A DNA stretch of 64,000 nucleotides from Vicinamibacteria bacterium. Its GTDB lineage: Bacteria; Acidobacteriota; Vicinamibacteria; Marinacidobacterales; Marinacidobacteraceae. The notes below the pieces were generated by a model. That model was not told where the DNA came from. It saw nothing but the letters and a program-made list of their open reading frames with translations, and did no database searches. The translations under genes and the position numbers were made by a program. The stretch covers positions 1,792,001 to 1,856,000 of the forward strand of contig OZ219816.1 in assembly GCA_964291235.2 (NCBI GenBank), read 5' to 3'. Below, one piece after another: positions 51,951 through 62,450 of the stretch (positions are counted from its first letter, which is position 1; the number at the start of each line of letters is the position of its first letter).

Positions 51951-54186
51951 GCGCCCGCCTCCCGAAGTCGAATCCCGGATACGGCAGCCGCTCGTGGTGG
52001 ATGCCCTGCAGGGTCGAAAGGAAGCTCGCGCGGATACTCGCCATGTTCGCGAGCGTCAGGTCGCATTCGACCAGTTGATCGTCCTCGACGATCGCGCTCG
52101 TGATGCGGTCGATCACCTGCTCGAAATCGGCCGGGGTCGCGTTCTTCAGGCTCCGCGCGGCCGCTTCGATGCTGTCGGCCATCATGATGATGGCGGCCTC
52201 ACGGGTCTGCGGGCGGGGGCCCGCATAGCGAAAGAGGCTCTCGTCGGCTTCGGAACCGTTGCGGGCCGCGGCCGCCTTCGCCTTCTCGTAAAACACCTTG
52301 ATGAGGCGAGTTCCGTGATGCTGCGGGATGACGTCCACGATGTCCTTGGGAAGGTTGAGCCGCTCGGCGGCTTCGATTCCTTCGGTGACGTGGCGGCGGA
52401 TGATGTCCGCGCTCTTTTCCGGCGGCAGGAGGTCGTGAGGCGTCTCGCCCCGCATGTTCTCGACGAAATACCCGGCGCGGTGCAGCTTTCCGATGTCGTG
52501 GTAGAGGGCTGCCGTCGCACAGAAGGTGGAGTTCGCCCCGATCGCGTCGGCGGCGGACTCGGAAAGCATCCCCACCGTCACGCTGTGCTGGTAGGTCCCG
52601 GGCGCCGTAAGCGCGAGTTGGCGCAGCAGTGGGTTATCGCGCTGCGACAGTTCCATGAGCCGCATCTCGCTGGTGCGCTCGAAGACCGCCTCCAGAACCG
52701 GCAGCAGGAGGATCACGAGCGGACCGGCGAGGAGTCCGCCGACAAAGGCGCTGGCCGCTTCCAGGAGCAGCCTCGACACGCCGCCGAAGTCGCCGGTCAC
52801 GAGTTCCATGGCGACGACCAGTGGAGCCCCCAGCAGGCCGACCAGAGTTCCGACGCGGAGCAGCTGGGCGCGGCGCTGTGAGATCTTGTAGATGAAGATG
52901 GCGCCGAAACCGGTCAGCAGGGCGAAGAGGGCCAGCTTCAGGTTACCGGTCATCAGCGCCAGGGTCGCCGCAAAGAGCCCCTGGGTGAGCACCGCGGACT
53001 GCTGCGTCTCGAGCATCACCACCAGCAGCGCCAAAGCGGCAAACGGCACACCCCACAGATAGACCGTCGGGTCCGAAAATGGCTCGCTCACCAACTGGGC
53101 TGCCGCTCCCCGGCCGACGAAGCCAAGGACACGGGTCAGGGTCAGATGCAGGACGATCAGGAGGCCGCACAAGGCGAACGCCTGACCTGCCCAAGTCTCG
53201 TTCCGGCGTGCCGGAACCAGCATGACCCCGAGGAGCACCGCAACCCCGAGGGCAAAGACGAGCGCACCGACTCCAGCCCATCCGGACGCTCCCACGCGGG
53301 GGGTGCGCATCCGCTCCATCTGCTGGTGGGCGAGTTCGGTTACCTCGTCGCCGGCGCGGACCAGGGTGCGCCCGCGCCGCACCTGGATGACGACCGGATC
53401 CACCGATTGCTCCGCTTCGGAACGGAGGTGGGTGGTCTCCACGGTGTTGGGCTCGAGCGTGGGGCGCATGAACCGCGCGGCCAGCCCGGCCAGCGTCCGG
53501 CGGCGCGTCCGATTCAGTTCGGAGAGAGCGAGAATCTGTTGCTCCGCCGCTCGCTCCGCTTCTCCCACCGAGAGCACGTTCGTGAAGTCAGCCAGCGGTA
53601 CGGTTTCCCCCGACCGTGGATCACGACGAAGGACGGAGCGCCCCAGAGCGGCGACCGCCCCCTTCTCGGCGAGAATGTCACGCGCGAGCACGCTGGCCAC
53701 GGTATCCGCCAGGTTCTGCTGGATTTCCTCGGCGAACTCCGACTCCACCAACAGTTGGAGTTGGGCCAGGGTGACCTCGACGCCGAGCATGTCGGCGAAC
53801 GTCTCGGCGAAATCGGGTTCTCCCGCGATGTCGGACTCGACCGCGGCCCGTCCGAAGTCAAAACCGCGGACAATCCGGGTCCGGCTCTCGTCGCGGGCCT
53901 GGGAATCGAAGTCATAGACCTCGGGCACCTGTTCCACCGCTTCCCGGCGGCGCGCTTCGGTGGTGGCCGCGTCTTCGTAGGTGAAATCCTCGGTGGCCCG
54001 CACCGTGCGCGGCGCAATCTCCCCCACTTCATAGAGGGGGGTTCTGAGCCCGAGTCCGGGCCAGATGAGGAGTCCCAGGGCCACGGCGAGGAGGGCGGTG
54101 ACCACGTGAGTGCGAGCGAACAGTCGGTCCCGCTGCCGGTACAGGAAGCCGCGCAGCGAGAAGTTCGCAAGACGGTCCGTTTTCAT
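51943..54186 (-). CDS. 7TM-HD (HDIG) membrane phosphohydrolase, PgpH-like
   Basis: Extracellular domain, TM block, 'APGTYQHS', 'YHDIGK', 'YFVEN', 'QHHGT', 'MADSIEAA'. Confidence 0.9.
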   Translation of the reverse strand: MKTDRLANFSLRGFLYRQRDRLFARTHVVTALLAVALGLLIWPGLGLRTPLYEVGEIAPRTVRATEDFTYEDAATTEARRREAVEQVPEVYDFDSQARDESRTRIVRGFDFGRAAVESDIAGEPDFAETFADMLGVEVTLAQLQLLVESEFAEEIQQNLADTVASVLARDILAEKGAVAALGRSVLRRDPRSGETVPLADFTNVLSVGEAERAAEQQILALSELNRTRRRTLAGLAARFMRPTLEPNTVETTHLRSEAEQSVDPVVIQVRRGRTLVRAGDEVTELAHQQMERMRTPRVGASGWAGVGALVFALGVAVLLGVMLVPARRNETWAGQAFALCGLLIVLHLTLTRVLGFVGRGAAAQLVSEPFSDPTVYLWGVPFAALALLVVMLETQQSAVLTQGLFAATLALMTGNLKLALFALLTGFGAIFIYKISQRRAQLLRVGTLVGLLGAPLVVAMELVTGDFGGVSRLLLEAASAFVGGLLAGPLVILLLPVLEAVFERTSEMRLMELSQRDNPLLRQLALTAPGTYQHSVTVGMLSESAADAIGANSTFCATAALYHDIGKLHRAGYFVENMRGETPHDLLPPEKSADIIRRHVTEGIEAAERLNLPKDIVDVIPQHHGTRLIKVFYEKAKAAAARNGSEADESLFRYAGPRPQTREAAIIMMADSIEAAARSLKNATPADFEQVIDRITSAIVEDDQLVECDLTLANMASIRASFLSTLQGIHHERLPYPGFDFGRRARA

Positions 54187-54221
54187 TGCGCTGTCCCGGG
54201 TTGGTCCTCTAGTCGATCTCG

Positions 54222-55229
54222 CTAACGTGGCTCGGCGAAGACCGGCGGCGCGGCGAAGTCGTCGGCGCGCCGGGACCGGTTGCGGGCCTGATCGCTTCGG
54301 GCATAGGCGCGCACGATGGCCTGCACCAGCCGGTGCCGCACCACATCGCTGTCTTCAAGCCGGACCAGGCCCACTCCGTCCAGATCCCCGATCACCCCGA
54401 GGGACTCGACGAGCCCGCTGACCCGCCCCGGCGGGAGGTCGTTCTGGGTGATGTCGCCGGTCACCACCGCGCGCGTTCCGTTGCCCATGCGGGTCAGGAA
54501 CATCTTCATCTGTTCCGAAGTGGTGTTTTGCGCCTCGTCGAGAATTATGAAGGCGTCGTTGAGCGTCCGTCCCCGCATGAAGGCGATTGGCGCGATCTCG
54601 ATCACTCCGCGTTCCCTGAGCCGCTGCGCCCTGTCCGTGTCCATCATGTCGTGGAGGGCGTCGTAGAGGGGCCGGAGATACGGATCCACCTTGTCGATGA
54701 GATCGCCCGGAAGAAATCCCAGTTTCTCGCCGGCCTCCACCGCCGGGCGCGTGAGCACGATGCGCCGCACCTGGTGGTTCCTAAGCGCCTCCACGGCCAC
54801 CGCCATCGCGAGCCAGGTCTTGCCGGTCCCGGCCGGGCCGACCCCAAGCACGAGTTCCTTGGCGCGAAGAGCCCGGATGTACTCCAGTTGGCGAAGGCTC
54901 CGCGGCCTCACGATCTTGCCCGGCGCCGGCGTCACCACGGTCTCGACGAAGTACTCGCGCAGCGAAGCGCCGGGATCCTGGCCCAGGATGCGAATGGCCG
55001 CGCGCAGGTCCCCGATCCGGTAGCGCTGGCCGAGATCCCCGCGAAGCGCCGCCAGCCCTTCGAGCGCGGTGGCCAGGAGGGCGATCCGGTCCTCCGGGCC
55101 TTCCGCCAGCAGGATGTCTCCCCGGCTCGCGAGCGTGAGGCCGAGGTCGTGCTCGAGCGAGCGAAGGTTGCGGTCGCGAATCCCGAAGAAGGAGAGTCCT
55201 CCCTCGCCGGGGATGGGGATTCGAGTCAT
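54222..55229 (-). CDS. phoH: PhoH family ATPase
   Basis: 'GPAGTGKT', 'RPAVEAGEKLGFLPGD', 'MRGRTL', 'DEAQN', 'GDITQ', 'VVRH'. Confidence 0.93.
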   Translation of the reverse strand: MTRIPIPGEGGLSFFGIRDRNLRSLEHDLGLTLASRGDILLAEGPEDRIALLATALEGLAALRGDLGQRYRIGDLRAAIRILGQDPGASLREYFVETVVTPAPGKIVRPRSLRQLEYIRALRAKELVLGVGPAGTGKTWLAMAVAVEALRNHQVRRIVLTRPAVEAGEKLGFLPGDLIDKVDPYLRPLYDALHDMMDTDRAQRLRERGVIEIAPIAFMRGRTLNDAFIILDEAQNTTSEQMKMFLTRMGNGTRAVVTGDITQNDLPPGRVSGLVESLGVIGDLDGVGLVRLEDSDVVRHRLVQAIVRAYARSDQARNRSRRADDFAAPPVFAEPR

Positions 55230-55492
55230 GGATTGCAACTTGGCGGGAGCAGGCGACAGAGATTCGTCTTCCGCGTCCGCCGGGGGACGGAGGAATCCCG
55301 CACTCCGGCGGAATTCTCGGGGGCAGATCCGGTGGTGAACGGACCGCGTGGTCGGCTCAGCACGGAATACGGCGAAGGCCGGGGCGGGAGACGTGGTCCG
55401 CCACGCACTTCATGGACATCACCACGCTAACACCGGGGGTCGAGCGGATCAAGTGGAGGCCGACCCAGCTCCCCGGTGGGGTTCCTGCGCGA

Positions 55493-57274
55493 TCAGTCTT
55501 CGTCCGGGTTCGCCCTGGTCCCCAGCGCAACTCCCACCTCGTCGAGTTGCGACGGTTCCACCCCCGCCGGGGATCCGGTCATCAGGTCGGTCGCCGAGGT
55601 GGTCTTCGGGAACGCGATCACGTCCCGGAGACTCCGACTTCCCGAGGCCAACATGGCGATCCGGTCGAAGCCAAGCGCGATCCCGCCGTGCGGCGGAGTG
55701 CCGTATTCCAGAGCCTCCAGGAAGAACCCAAAGCGTTCCGCGGCCTCCGCGGCCGGGATTTCCAGCGCCTCGAACACCCGCTGCTGCATCTCGCGGCTGT
55801 GGATCCGGATGCTCCCCCCACCAAGCTCAAAGCCGTTCGCGATCACGTCGTAGGCGAGCGAACGCACGCTGAGGGGCTCCGTGGCGAGGCGGTCGAGATC
55901 GTCGGGATGCGGGCTCGTGAAGGGGTGGTGGACCGACGTGAGGCGGCCTTCCGATTGCGAATAGTCGAAGAGGGGAAACTCGGTGACCCAGGCCATGGCG
56001 AACTGCCCGGGCGAGGTCCAGCCCTCGCTCGCCGCGAGCTGCCGCCGGAGCGCGCCGAGCGCCTCGCACGCCATCTTCGCCTCGCCGGCCACCATGAGGA
56101 GGAGGTCCGAGGGGCCGCCGCCCGCCGCCTCCAGCAGCGTCCGGAGCCGATCGGCGCCGACGGTCTTCACGAGCGGCGAGCGGACCTCGCCGTCCCGAAA
56201 GGCTGCCCAGAGGAGGCCCCCGGCGCCGGCTTCGATCGCCGCCGCCTGCAGGCCGTCGAGCCTCTTCCGGGAAAAGCCGGCGCACCCGGGCGCCGCGATC
56301 CCCCGGACGGTGTCACCGGCGCCAACCACCCGATCCAGCAACGGGTGACCGGACCCGCGTACCAGATCGGTGAGGTCGATGATCTCGGCGCCGTAGCGGA
56401 GGTCGGGACGATCCACTCCGTAGCGATCCATCGCCTGCTGGTAGGTGAATCGGGGAAAAGGAGGCTTGACCTCGATCCCCACGGCGCCGAGGGCGCGCTC
56501 GAAGAGACCCTCGGTGATCTCGATGACCTGCTCCGGATCGGCAAAGGACATCTCCACATCGACCTGGGTGAATTCCGGCTGGCGATCCGCCCGCAGGTCC
56601 TCGTCGCGGAAACAGCGAACGATCTGGTAGTAGCGATCGGTACCGCCGACCATCAGCAATTGCTTGAAGAGCTGGGGCGACTGCGGAAGAGCGTAAAACC
56701 GGCCTCGATGGACCCTCGACGGCACCAGATAGTCCCGGGCGCCCTCCGGAGTGGACCGGGTCAGGAACGGGGTCTCGACCTCCAGGAACCCGTGGCCGTC
56801 GAGGTGGCTGCGGATCTCGGTGGCCAGCCGGCCGCGAATCCGCAGGTTTCGCTGCAGTCTCGGGTTCCTGAGGTCCAGGTAGCGGTAACGCAGGCGAAGA
56901 TCTTCGGCCACCCCCTCCGAATCCGTCGGCGAGAAGGGAGGCGTGCGGGCCTCGCTCAAGACGTGGAGGCGCTCGGCTTCCACCTCGATCGTGCCGGTCC
57001 GGATTCCCGGATTGACCGTTCCCGGCTCCCGGGCGAGCACGAGGCCTTCGACGGCGATCACCCACCAGGCTCCGAGGCGCTTGGCCTCCGCGGCCGGCCC
57101 GGACCCGGGTCGGACCACGATCTGCGTCACGCCGCGATAGTCGCGGAGATCGAGGAACAAGAGTCCTCCGAGGTCCCGAATCCGTTCCACCCATCCCATC
57201 AGAACGACGCGGCTGCCCGCCTGCTCGAGCCCGAGGGCGGAACAGTGATGGGTGGGGCGGGTAGGAAGGTTCAC
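55493..57274 (-). CDS. aspS: Aspartate--tRNA ligase
   Basis: 'GWV..RDLGG..FLDLRD', 'TPEGARDYLVPSR', 'LPQSPQLFKQ', 'FRDEDLRADRQPEF', 'PPHGG.A.G.DR', 'FPKT'; GTG start estimated. Confidence 0.95.
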   Translation of the reverse strand: MNLPTRPTHHCSALGLEQAGSRVVLMGWVERIRDLGGLLFLDLRDYRGVTQIVVRPGSGPAAEAKRLGAWWVIAVEGLVLAREPGTVNPGIRTGTIEVEAERLHVLSEARTPPFSPTDSEGVAEDLRLRYRYLDLRNPRLQRNLRIRGRLATEIRSHLDGHGFLEVETPFLTRSTPEGARDYLVPSRVHRGRFYALPQSPQLFKQLLMVGGTDRYYQIVRCFRDEDLRADRQPEFTQVDVEMSFADPEQVIEITEGLFERALGAVGIEVKPPFPRFTYQQAMDRYGVDRPDLRYGAEIIDLTDLVRGSGHPLLDRVVGAGDTVRGIAAPGCAGFSRKRLDGLQAAAIEAGAGGLLWAAFRDGEVRSPLVKTVGADRLRTLLEAAGGGPSDLLLMVAGEAKMACEALGALRRQLAASEGWTSPGQFAMAWVTEFPLFDYSQSEGRLTSVHHPFTSPHPDDLDRLATEPLSVRSLAYDVIANGFELGGGSIRIHSREMQQRVFEALEIPAAEAAERFGFFLEALEYGTPPHGGIALGFDRIAMLASGSRSLRDVIAFPKTTSATDLMTGSPAGVEPSQLDEVGVALGTRANPDED

Positions 57275-57296
57275 GGTCGGGGACTCCGGTCGCTCT

Positions 57297-57824
57297 TCAG
57301 GAGACGGCCTCGGCCCGCTCGCCGAGATAGCGGTCCTTGAGTTCGACGTAGCGCGCTGCGGAATCGGCGAGATGGGCAATCTCGGCATCGGTGAGGGGCC
57401 GCACGACCCTTCCGGGAACACCACGGACGAGGACCCGTGGCGGCACCTGAAGTCCGGGCGGCACTACCGCGCCAGCCGCCACCATGGCTTCCTCGCCAAC
57501 CGAGACCCCGTCCAGGACCACCGAGCCCATACCGATCAGGCTGCGCCGCCCCAGATGACATCCGTGGAGGATCGCCTGGTGTCCGACGGTCACCTCCTGC
57601 TCGACGGTCGTGGACTCCGCGCCGGCGTTCACATGCACCACGACCCCGTCCTGGAGGTTGGATCGCGCGCCGACCCGGATGAAGTTCACGTCACCGCGAA
57701 GGACCGCGGAAAACCAGATCGAAACGTCCTCACCGAGCTCGACATCGCCGATGACGGCGGCGCCCGGAGCCACGAAGGCGCTGGGCGGAACAAGCGGAGT
57801 GTGACCGCTGAACGAGTGGATCAT
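57297..57824 (-). CDS. Gamma carbonic anhydrase family (YrdA-like)
   Basis: 'VIGDV', 'SIWFSAVLRGD', 'SNLQDG', 'VGHQAILHGC'. Confidence 0.9.
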   Translation of the reverse strand: MIHSFSGHTPLVPPSAFVAPGAAVIGDVELGEDVSIWFSAVLRGDVNFIRVGARSNLQDGVVVHVNAGAESTTVEQEVTVGHQAILHGCHLGRRSLIGMGSVVLDGVSVGEEAMVAAGAVVPPGLQVPPRVLVRGVPGRVVRPLTDAEIAHLADSAARYVELKDRYLGERAEAVS

Positions 57825-58157
57825 GGGAATTGGGAGGCGTATGCCGGCTGGGGTGGATTCGGCTCCTTGCGCAGCCGGACCACCGCCATCGCCCTCGATC
57901 GTCATCCCGGCGCCGCCGGCCGGGGACTCCGCAAACGCTCGCCGGATGAGGACAAGCACTCCCGGAATCCGCCCTCTCCGGGCCGGTTCGGAAGGCCGGT
58001 TCGGGAGGCCGGATCCGACAGGAAGGTGGGCCGCGCCAACGCTACGAGCGGCGCGGAGAGTACCACGCCCGTTGGCTACAATGCGGGAGCGACAACGCCC
58101 CCCGCACTCCTTCGCGTGGCATCCTCAGGTCCCCTTCCCCGCTCCGCCGCACAGCGC

Positions 58158-59003
58158 ATGCTGAAGGCCGTCCGGGATTTGATGACGCCGCCCGGACCGG
58201 CTATCAGTCCCATCACCGGACTTCCGGTGGAACACATCGACGCGCACGCCGGCCGGCGTGGCTTCGCCTCCGCGATGACCGTGCATGGCGCGATCCTCGC
58301 AATGGTCGTGTTCGGCTGGTTCGCGGCGGAAGAACTTGAGGAATCCGGATTCGATCTCCCGGGGCTCGTGTTCCTCGTGCAGGAGGGCCCCGGAGGCGGC
58401 GGGGGCGGGGGCGGTGACGAGACCGAGGCGGAACCGCTCGATACCCAGACGGTGAACACACAGAACGTTCCCGAACCTGAGGAACTGGTCCTGCAGGATC
58501 CCGAAGCCACCGCGGAGCAGATTCTGGAGGACGCCATCAACGCCCCCTTCGCTCCGGATCCCGATGCGCTCGCCGGACTCATCCGCGACGCCTCGGACCT
58601 CGTATTCGCGGGTCCCGGCCGCAATCGCGGCGCCGGCACCGGCCAGGGAGGCGGGCTCGGTGAGGGCGACGGCGACGGGATGGGCGAAGGCACCGGTGGC
58701 GGCTTCGGCGGCGGCGCTTACCGGATCGGCAGCGGCGTCGATCCGCCGCAGCTGCGCCGCCGCGTCACCCCCGAATACACCGACGACGCCCTCGCGCGGA
58801 AGATCGAGGGCATCGTGATCCTCGAGGTGGTGATTCTGAAGAGCGGCCGCGTGGGGCCGGCCCGGATCATCCGCAGCCTCGATGCGGGACTCGACGCCAA
58901 GGCGGTTGCCGCGGTACGGGAATGGACGTTCCAGCCCGGCCGCTTCCGGGGCGAGGCGGTGGACGTCCTCGCCGAGATCGAGGTGGAGTTCCGGCTCCTC
59001 TGA
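58158..59003 (+). CDS. TonB family energy transducer
   Basis: TM helix with His, Gly-rich linker, 'PEYTDDALARKIEGIV.L', 'AVREWTFQPG'. Confidence 0.85.
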   Translation: MLKAVRDLMTPPGPAISPITGLPVEHIDAHAGRRGFASAMTVHGAILAMVVFGWFAAEELEESGFDLPGLVFLVQEGPGGGGGGGGDETEAEPLDTQTVNTQNVPEPEELVLQDPEATAEQILEDAINAPFAPDPDALAGLIRDASDLVFAGPGRNRGAGTGQGGGLGEGDGDGMGEGTGGGFGGGAYRIGSGVDPPQLRRRVTPEYTDDALARKIEGIVILEVVILKSGRVGPARIIRSLDAGLDAKAVAAVREWTFQPGRFRGEAVDVLAEIEVEFRLL

Positions 59004-59007
59004 CTCC

Positions 59008-59493
59008 ATGACCGAACGACCGCGCCACTACTGGCTCATGAAAAGCGAACCGGAGGCGTACAGCCTCGACGATCTCGAGCGGGACGGCTGGACCCACTGG
59101 GACGGCGTCCGCAACTTCAAGGCCCGCAACTACATGAAGGAAATGGAGATCGGGGACGGGGTGCTCTTCTACCACTCGAACGCGAAGCCGCCCGGCATCG
59201 CCGGAGTGGCGCGGGTGTGCCGTCTCGCCTATCCCGATTTCACCCAGTTCGACCCGGACTCCAAGTACCACGATCCCCGCGCCACCGAGGAAAAGCCCTG
59301 GTGGTACATGGTGGACATCGAGTTCGTGGCGCGCTTTCCCGAAGAGATTCCCCTGCCCGTCCTGCGGACGCTGCCGGAAATCGCCGGCATGTCACTCCTG
59401 AAGCGGGGCCAGCGCCTCTCCGTCCAGCGGGTGACGCCCGAGGAGTGGACATTCCTCCTCGAGTTCGGCGGCGTGAGCGACGCTCCGCTCTAG
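59008..59493 (+). CDS. EVE domain protein
   Basis: 'YWLMKSEP', 'WDGVRN..ARN', 'FYHS', 'RLSVQ'. Confidence 0.92.
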   Translation: MTERPRHYWLMKSEPEAYSLDDLERDGWTHWDGVRNFKARNYMKEMEIGDGVLFYHSNAKPPGIAGVARVCRLAYPDFTQFDPDSKYHDPRATEEKPWWYMVDIEFVARFPEEIPLPVLRTLPEIAGMSLLKRGQRLSVQRVTPEEWTFLLEFGGVSDAPL

Positions 59494-59560
59494 CCGTCGT
59501 CATCCGGCGCCCCGGCCCAGTCCGCCTCGGTACACTCGCGCGGTCCTGACGGAGGTTTCC

Positions 59561-60862
59561 ATGGTGTACCGCGCTTTTGCCGTAGTCCTTCTCACTCTGC
59601 TGGCAGCGCCCGGCGCGGCGCAGGAGCTCGGCGTCTGGGACGACCGCATCCAGGAGGCCGTTTCCGGTCTCGAGGAAGAAACGGTCGCTTTCCGGGAGCA
59701 CGTCCACGAGCATCCGGAACTGGGGAACCGCGAGTTCGAGACGGCACGGATGGTCGCGGAACACCTCCGCGGCCTCGGGTTCGACGAGGTGCGCGAGGGG
59801 ATCGCCCATACCGGCGTGGTCGGCATCCTGAAGGGTGGCAAGCCCGGTGCAGTGGTGGCGGTGCGGGCCGACATGGACGCCCTGCCGGTCACCGAGGACA
59901 CCGACCTGCCGTTCGCGTCCAAGGTGCGCGCCACCTACAACGAGCAGGAGGTCGGAGTGATGCACGCCTGCGGACACGACGTCCACACCGCGGTGCAGTA
60001 CGGCGTGGCGTCGGTGCTCGCCGGCATGCGCGAGGACATCCCGGGCACCATCATGTTCATCTTCCAGCCGGCCGAGGAAGGGCCGCCACCCGGAGAAGAA
60101 GGTGGCGCGGAAGTGATGGTCGCGGAAGGGGTCTTCGAGGACCCGCGGCCCCAGGCGATCTTCGGCCTCCACACGCTCTCCGGGCTGCCCCTCGGAGTGA
60201 TCGGCTACACGCCCGGGCCGGCGCTCGCCGCGGTGGATCACTTCAAGGCCACCATCACCGGCGTCCAGACCCACGGAGCGCAGCCGCAGGCGGGTGTGGA
60301 CCCCATCGTGATGGCGTCTCAGGCGATCCTTTCGCTACAGACGATTGCGTCGCGCAACGTTCACCCCTTGCAGCCGGTGGTGGTGACGGTCGGCATGGTC
60401 CACGGAGGCCAGCGCTTCAACATCATTCCCGAGGCGGTGGACATCGAGGGCACGGTCCGCACCTACGACCCGGAGGTGCGGGACCTGGTCGAAGCGCGGA
60501 TGAACGAGGTGCTCGGCGGCATCACCGTGTCCGGAGGCGGGTCGTATTCGCTTACCTACGACCGCGGCTCTCCCGCCACGATCAACGACCGCGAGTTGAC
60601 CGCCGAAATGATCGGCACGGTGCGGGAGATCGCGGGCGCCGAGAACACCCGGGAACTCGACCCGACGATGGGCGGCGAGGATTTCTCCTATTTCGCGAAT
60701 GAGGTGCCGGGATTCTTCTACCGGCTCGGCATCCACCGCGAGGGCACCAGGACGGGTCCCCACCACTCCCCGTTCTTCCGCGCCGACAACGCCTCGGTGG
60801 CAATCGGCATGCGGGTCATGTCCAACCTGCTGATCGACTACCTCCTCCGCAACGCCCCGTAG
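59561..60862 (+). CDS. M20D family amidohydrolase, secreted
   Basis: 'HEHPELG..E', 'RADMDALP', 'MHACGHD', 'FQPAEE', 'GEDF', 'HH'. Confidence 0.9.
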   Translation: MVYRAFAVVLLTLLAAPGAAQELGVWDDRIQEAVSGLEEETVAFREHVHEHPELGNREFETARMVAEHLRGLGFDEVREGIAHTGVVGILKGGKPGAVVAVRADMDALPVTEDTDLPFASKVRATYNEQEVGVMHACGHDVHTAVQYGVASVLAGMREDIPGTIMFIFQPAEEGPPPGEEGGAEVMVAEGVFEDPRPQAIFGLHTLSGLPLGVIGYTPGPALAAVDHFKATITGVQTHGAQPQAGVDPIVMASQAILSLQTIASRNVHPLQPVVVTVGMVHGGQRFNIIPEAVDIEGTVRTYDPEVRDLVEARMNEVLGGITVSGGGSYSLTYDRGSPATINDRELTAEMIGTVREIAGAENTRELDPTMGGEDFSYFANEVPGFFYRLGIHREGTRTGPHHSPFFRADNASVAIGMRVMSNLLIDYLLRNAP

Positions 60863-60896
60863 CCCCGGGCCGGCGGCTCCGTTCCGGTGGCCGTCC

Positions 60897-62450
60897 CTAA
60901 CCCGCTTCTCCCACCACCCGTACCCGGACCCGCCGGGCATCGCCCGGCAGATAAGCGAGCGGCAGGTCCTCCCGCTCGACCACTTCCAGCCCGCCGGGAG
61001 CGGCCCCCGCGGCCACCGCCCGCCCTTCGGCCTCCTCCTGAGCGAGCCGGAAGGCCTCCTCGCGGCCCACGTCGTGAAACACCTTGTCCACCTCGCCGCC
61101 GATCCGGGCGATGGCGGCGCCGACCGCATTCGCGACTCCGGCATGCGGCACGTTCACGGTCTCCGAAATCCCCTCCAGTCCGGAGGGCACCAGAAAGGCC
61201 CCGCCTCCCACCGCGAGCAGTGGGCAATCCCGGGCGTCGGGTTTCATCCGGTCCACAGCCTCCGCGATCTGCTCTCCCACCGTATCGGTGAAGCGCGCGA
61301 GCACCCGTCCGGAGAGCCCTGCAACCAGCTCCTGATCGCCAATCTCGGCCCAGCCGGCCGCCACCCCGCAGTCGGTGGCGGTGCGCACGTGGCCTCCGAA
61401 TACCAGGCCCTGTTCGGCGAGGCGGAATCCCACGCTTTGCGGCCCTACCTCCCCGCCGTCACCCGACACCCGGCTCCCCCCACCGAGCGCAATGGAGAGC
61501 AGGTCCGGCATCCGGAACAGGGTGCGGACCCCGCCCACCTCGACCTCGCGCGGCGCTTCACGCGGGAATCCGGCGCGCAGGTAACCGACGTCGGTGGTGG
61601 TGCCGCCCACGTCCACCACCACCCCTTCGGAAGCACCGGAGAGGAACGCCGCCCCCGTCATGCTGTTCGTGGGTCCCGAGGAGAGACTCAGCACGGGGAA
61701 TTCCGCGGCGGCCGCCGCACCGGCGATCGTGCCGTCGTTCCGGGCGATGAAGAGCGGCGCCTCGGTTCCGATCGCCGCGGCGGCGTCGGCGAACGCCTTC
61801 GTCACCCGGGCGGCGAGTGGCCGAAGGGCCGCGTTCAGGAGCCCCGCGCTCTCCCGCCCGAGCAGCCCGATCCGTCCCAGCCGGCGCGACTCGGTGATCG
61901 AAGCGTCCGGATGGACGTCCTGAAGGATCTCGGCCGCTCGCGCCTCGGCGCTGCCGTCAAGGGGAGCGAAGACCGCGCTCAGGGAAATCTCACGGATTCC
62001 GGCCTTCCGGATCTCCTGTCCCGCCTCCGCGACCGCCAGCTCGTCGAGCGGAACGATGGGCCGCCCGTCGCATTCGTGGCCGCCCTCGACCATGAAGACC
62101 GGCCCCCGCACGATCCCGGCGAGCCGCTCCGGCCAATCACAAAACGGCGGCAGCGAAGCGCTGGCCGGCAGCCCCACCCGCAGCGCGGCCACCCGCTCGA
62201 GACCGGTCCCGGTGAGGACCGCGTTCGTGAAGTGGGTGGTTCCGATCACCACCCGGGAAACGTCGGAGGAAGCTGCACCCCCACCCAGCACTCCCGAGAG
62301 CGCCGCCACCACTCCGGAAGTGACCCCGGCCGTGGTCCGCGCCTTGACCTCGCTGACAACCTCCCCGCCGCGCATCAGCACGGCGTCCGTGTGCGTCCCC
62401 CCGACATCCACGCCGACGCGGGCGGTGGGCCGCGAATCCGGAGAGGTCAC
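60897..62450 (-). CDS. Hydantoinase/oxoprolinase family protein
   Basis: 'VGVDVGGTHTDAV', 'IGTTHFTNA', 'SGPTNSM.GA', 'DVGGTTTD', 'ANAVGAA'. Confidence 0.88.
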   Translation of the reverse strand: MTSPDSRPTARVGVDVGGTHTDAVLMRGGEVVSEVKARTTAGVTSGVVAALSGVLGGGAASSDVSRVVIGTTHFTNAVLTGTGLERVAALRVGLPASASLPPFCDWPERLAGIVRGPVFMVEGGHECDGRPIVPLDELAVAEAGQEIRKAGIREISLSAVFAPLDGSAEARAAEILQDVHPDASITESRRLGRIGLLGRESAGLLNAALRPLAARVTKAFADAAAAIGTEAPLFIARNDGTIAGAAAAAEFPVLSLSSGPTNSMTGAAFLSGASEGVVVDVGGTTTDVGYLRAGFPREAPREVEVGGVRTLFRMPDLLSIALGGGSRVSGDGGEVGPQSVGFRLAEQGLVFGGHVRTATDCGVAAGWAEIGDQELVAGLSGRVLARFTDTVGEQIAEAVDRMKPDARDCPLLAVGGGAFLVPSGLEGISETVNVPHAGVANAVGAAIARIGGEVDKVFHDVGREEAFRLAQEEAEGRAVAAGAAPGGLEVVEREDLPLAYLPGDARRVRVRVVGEAG

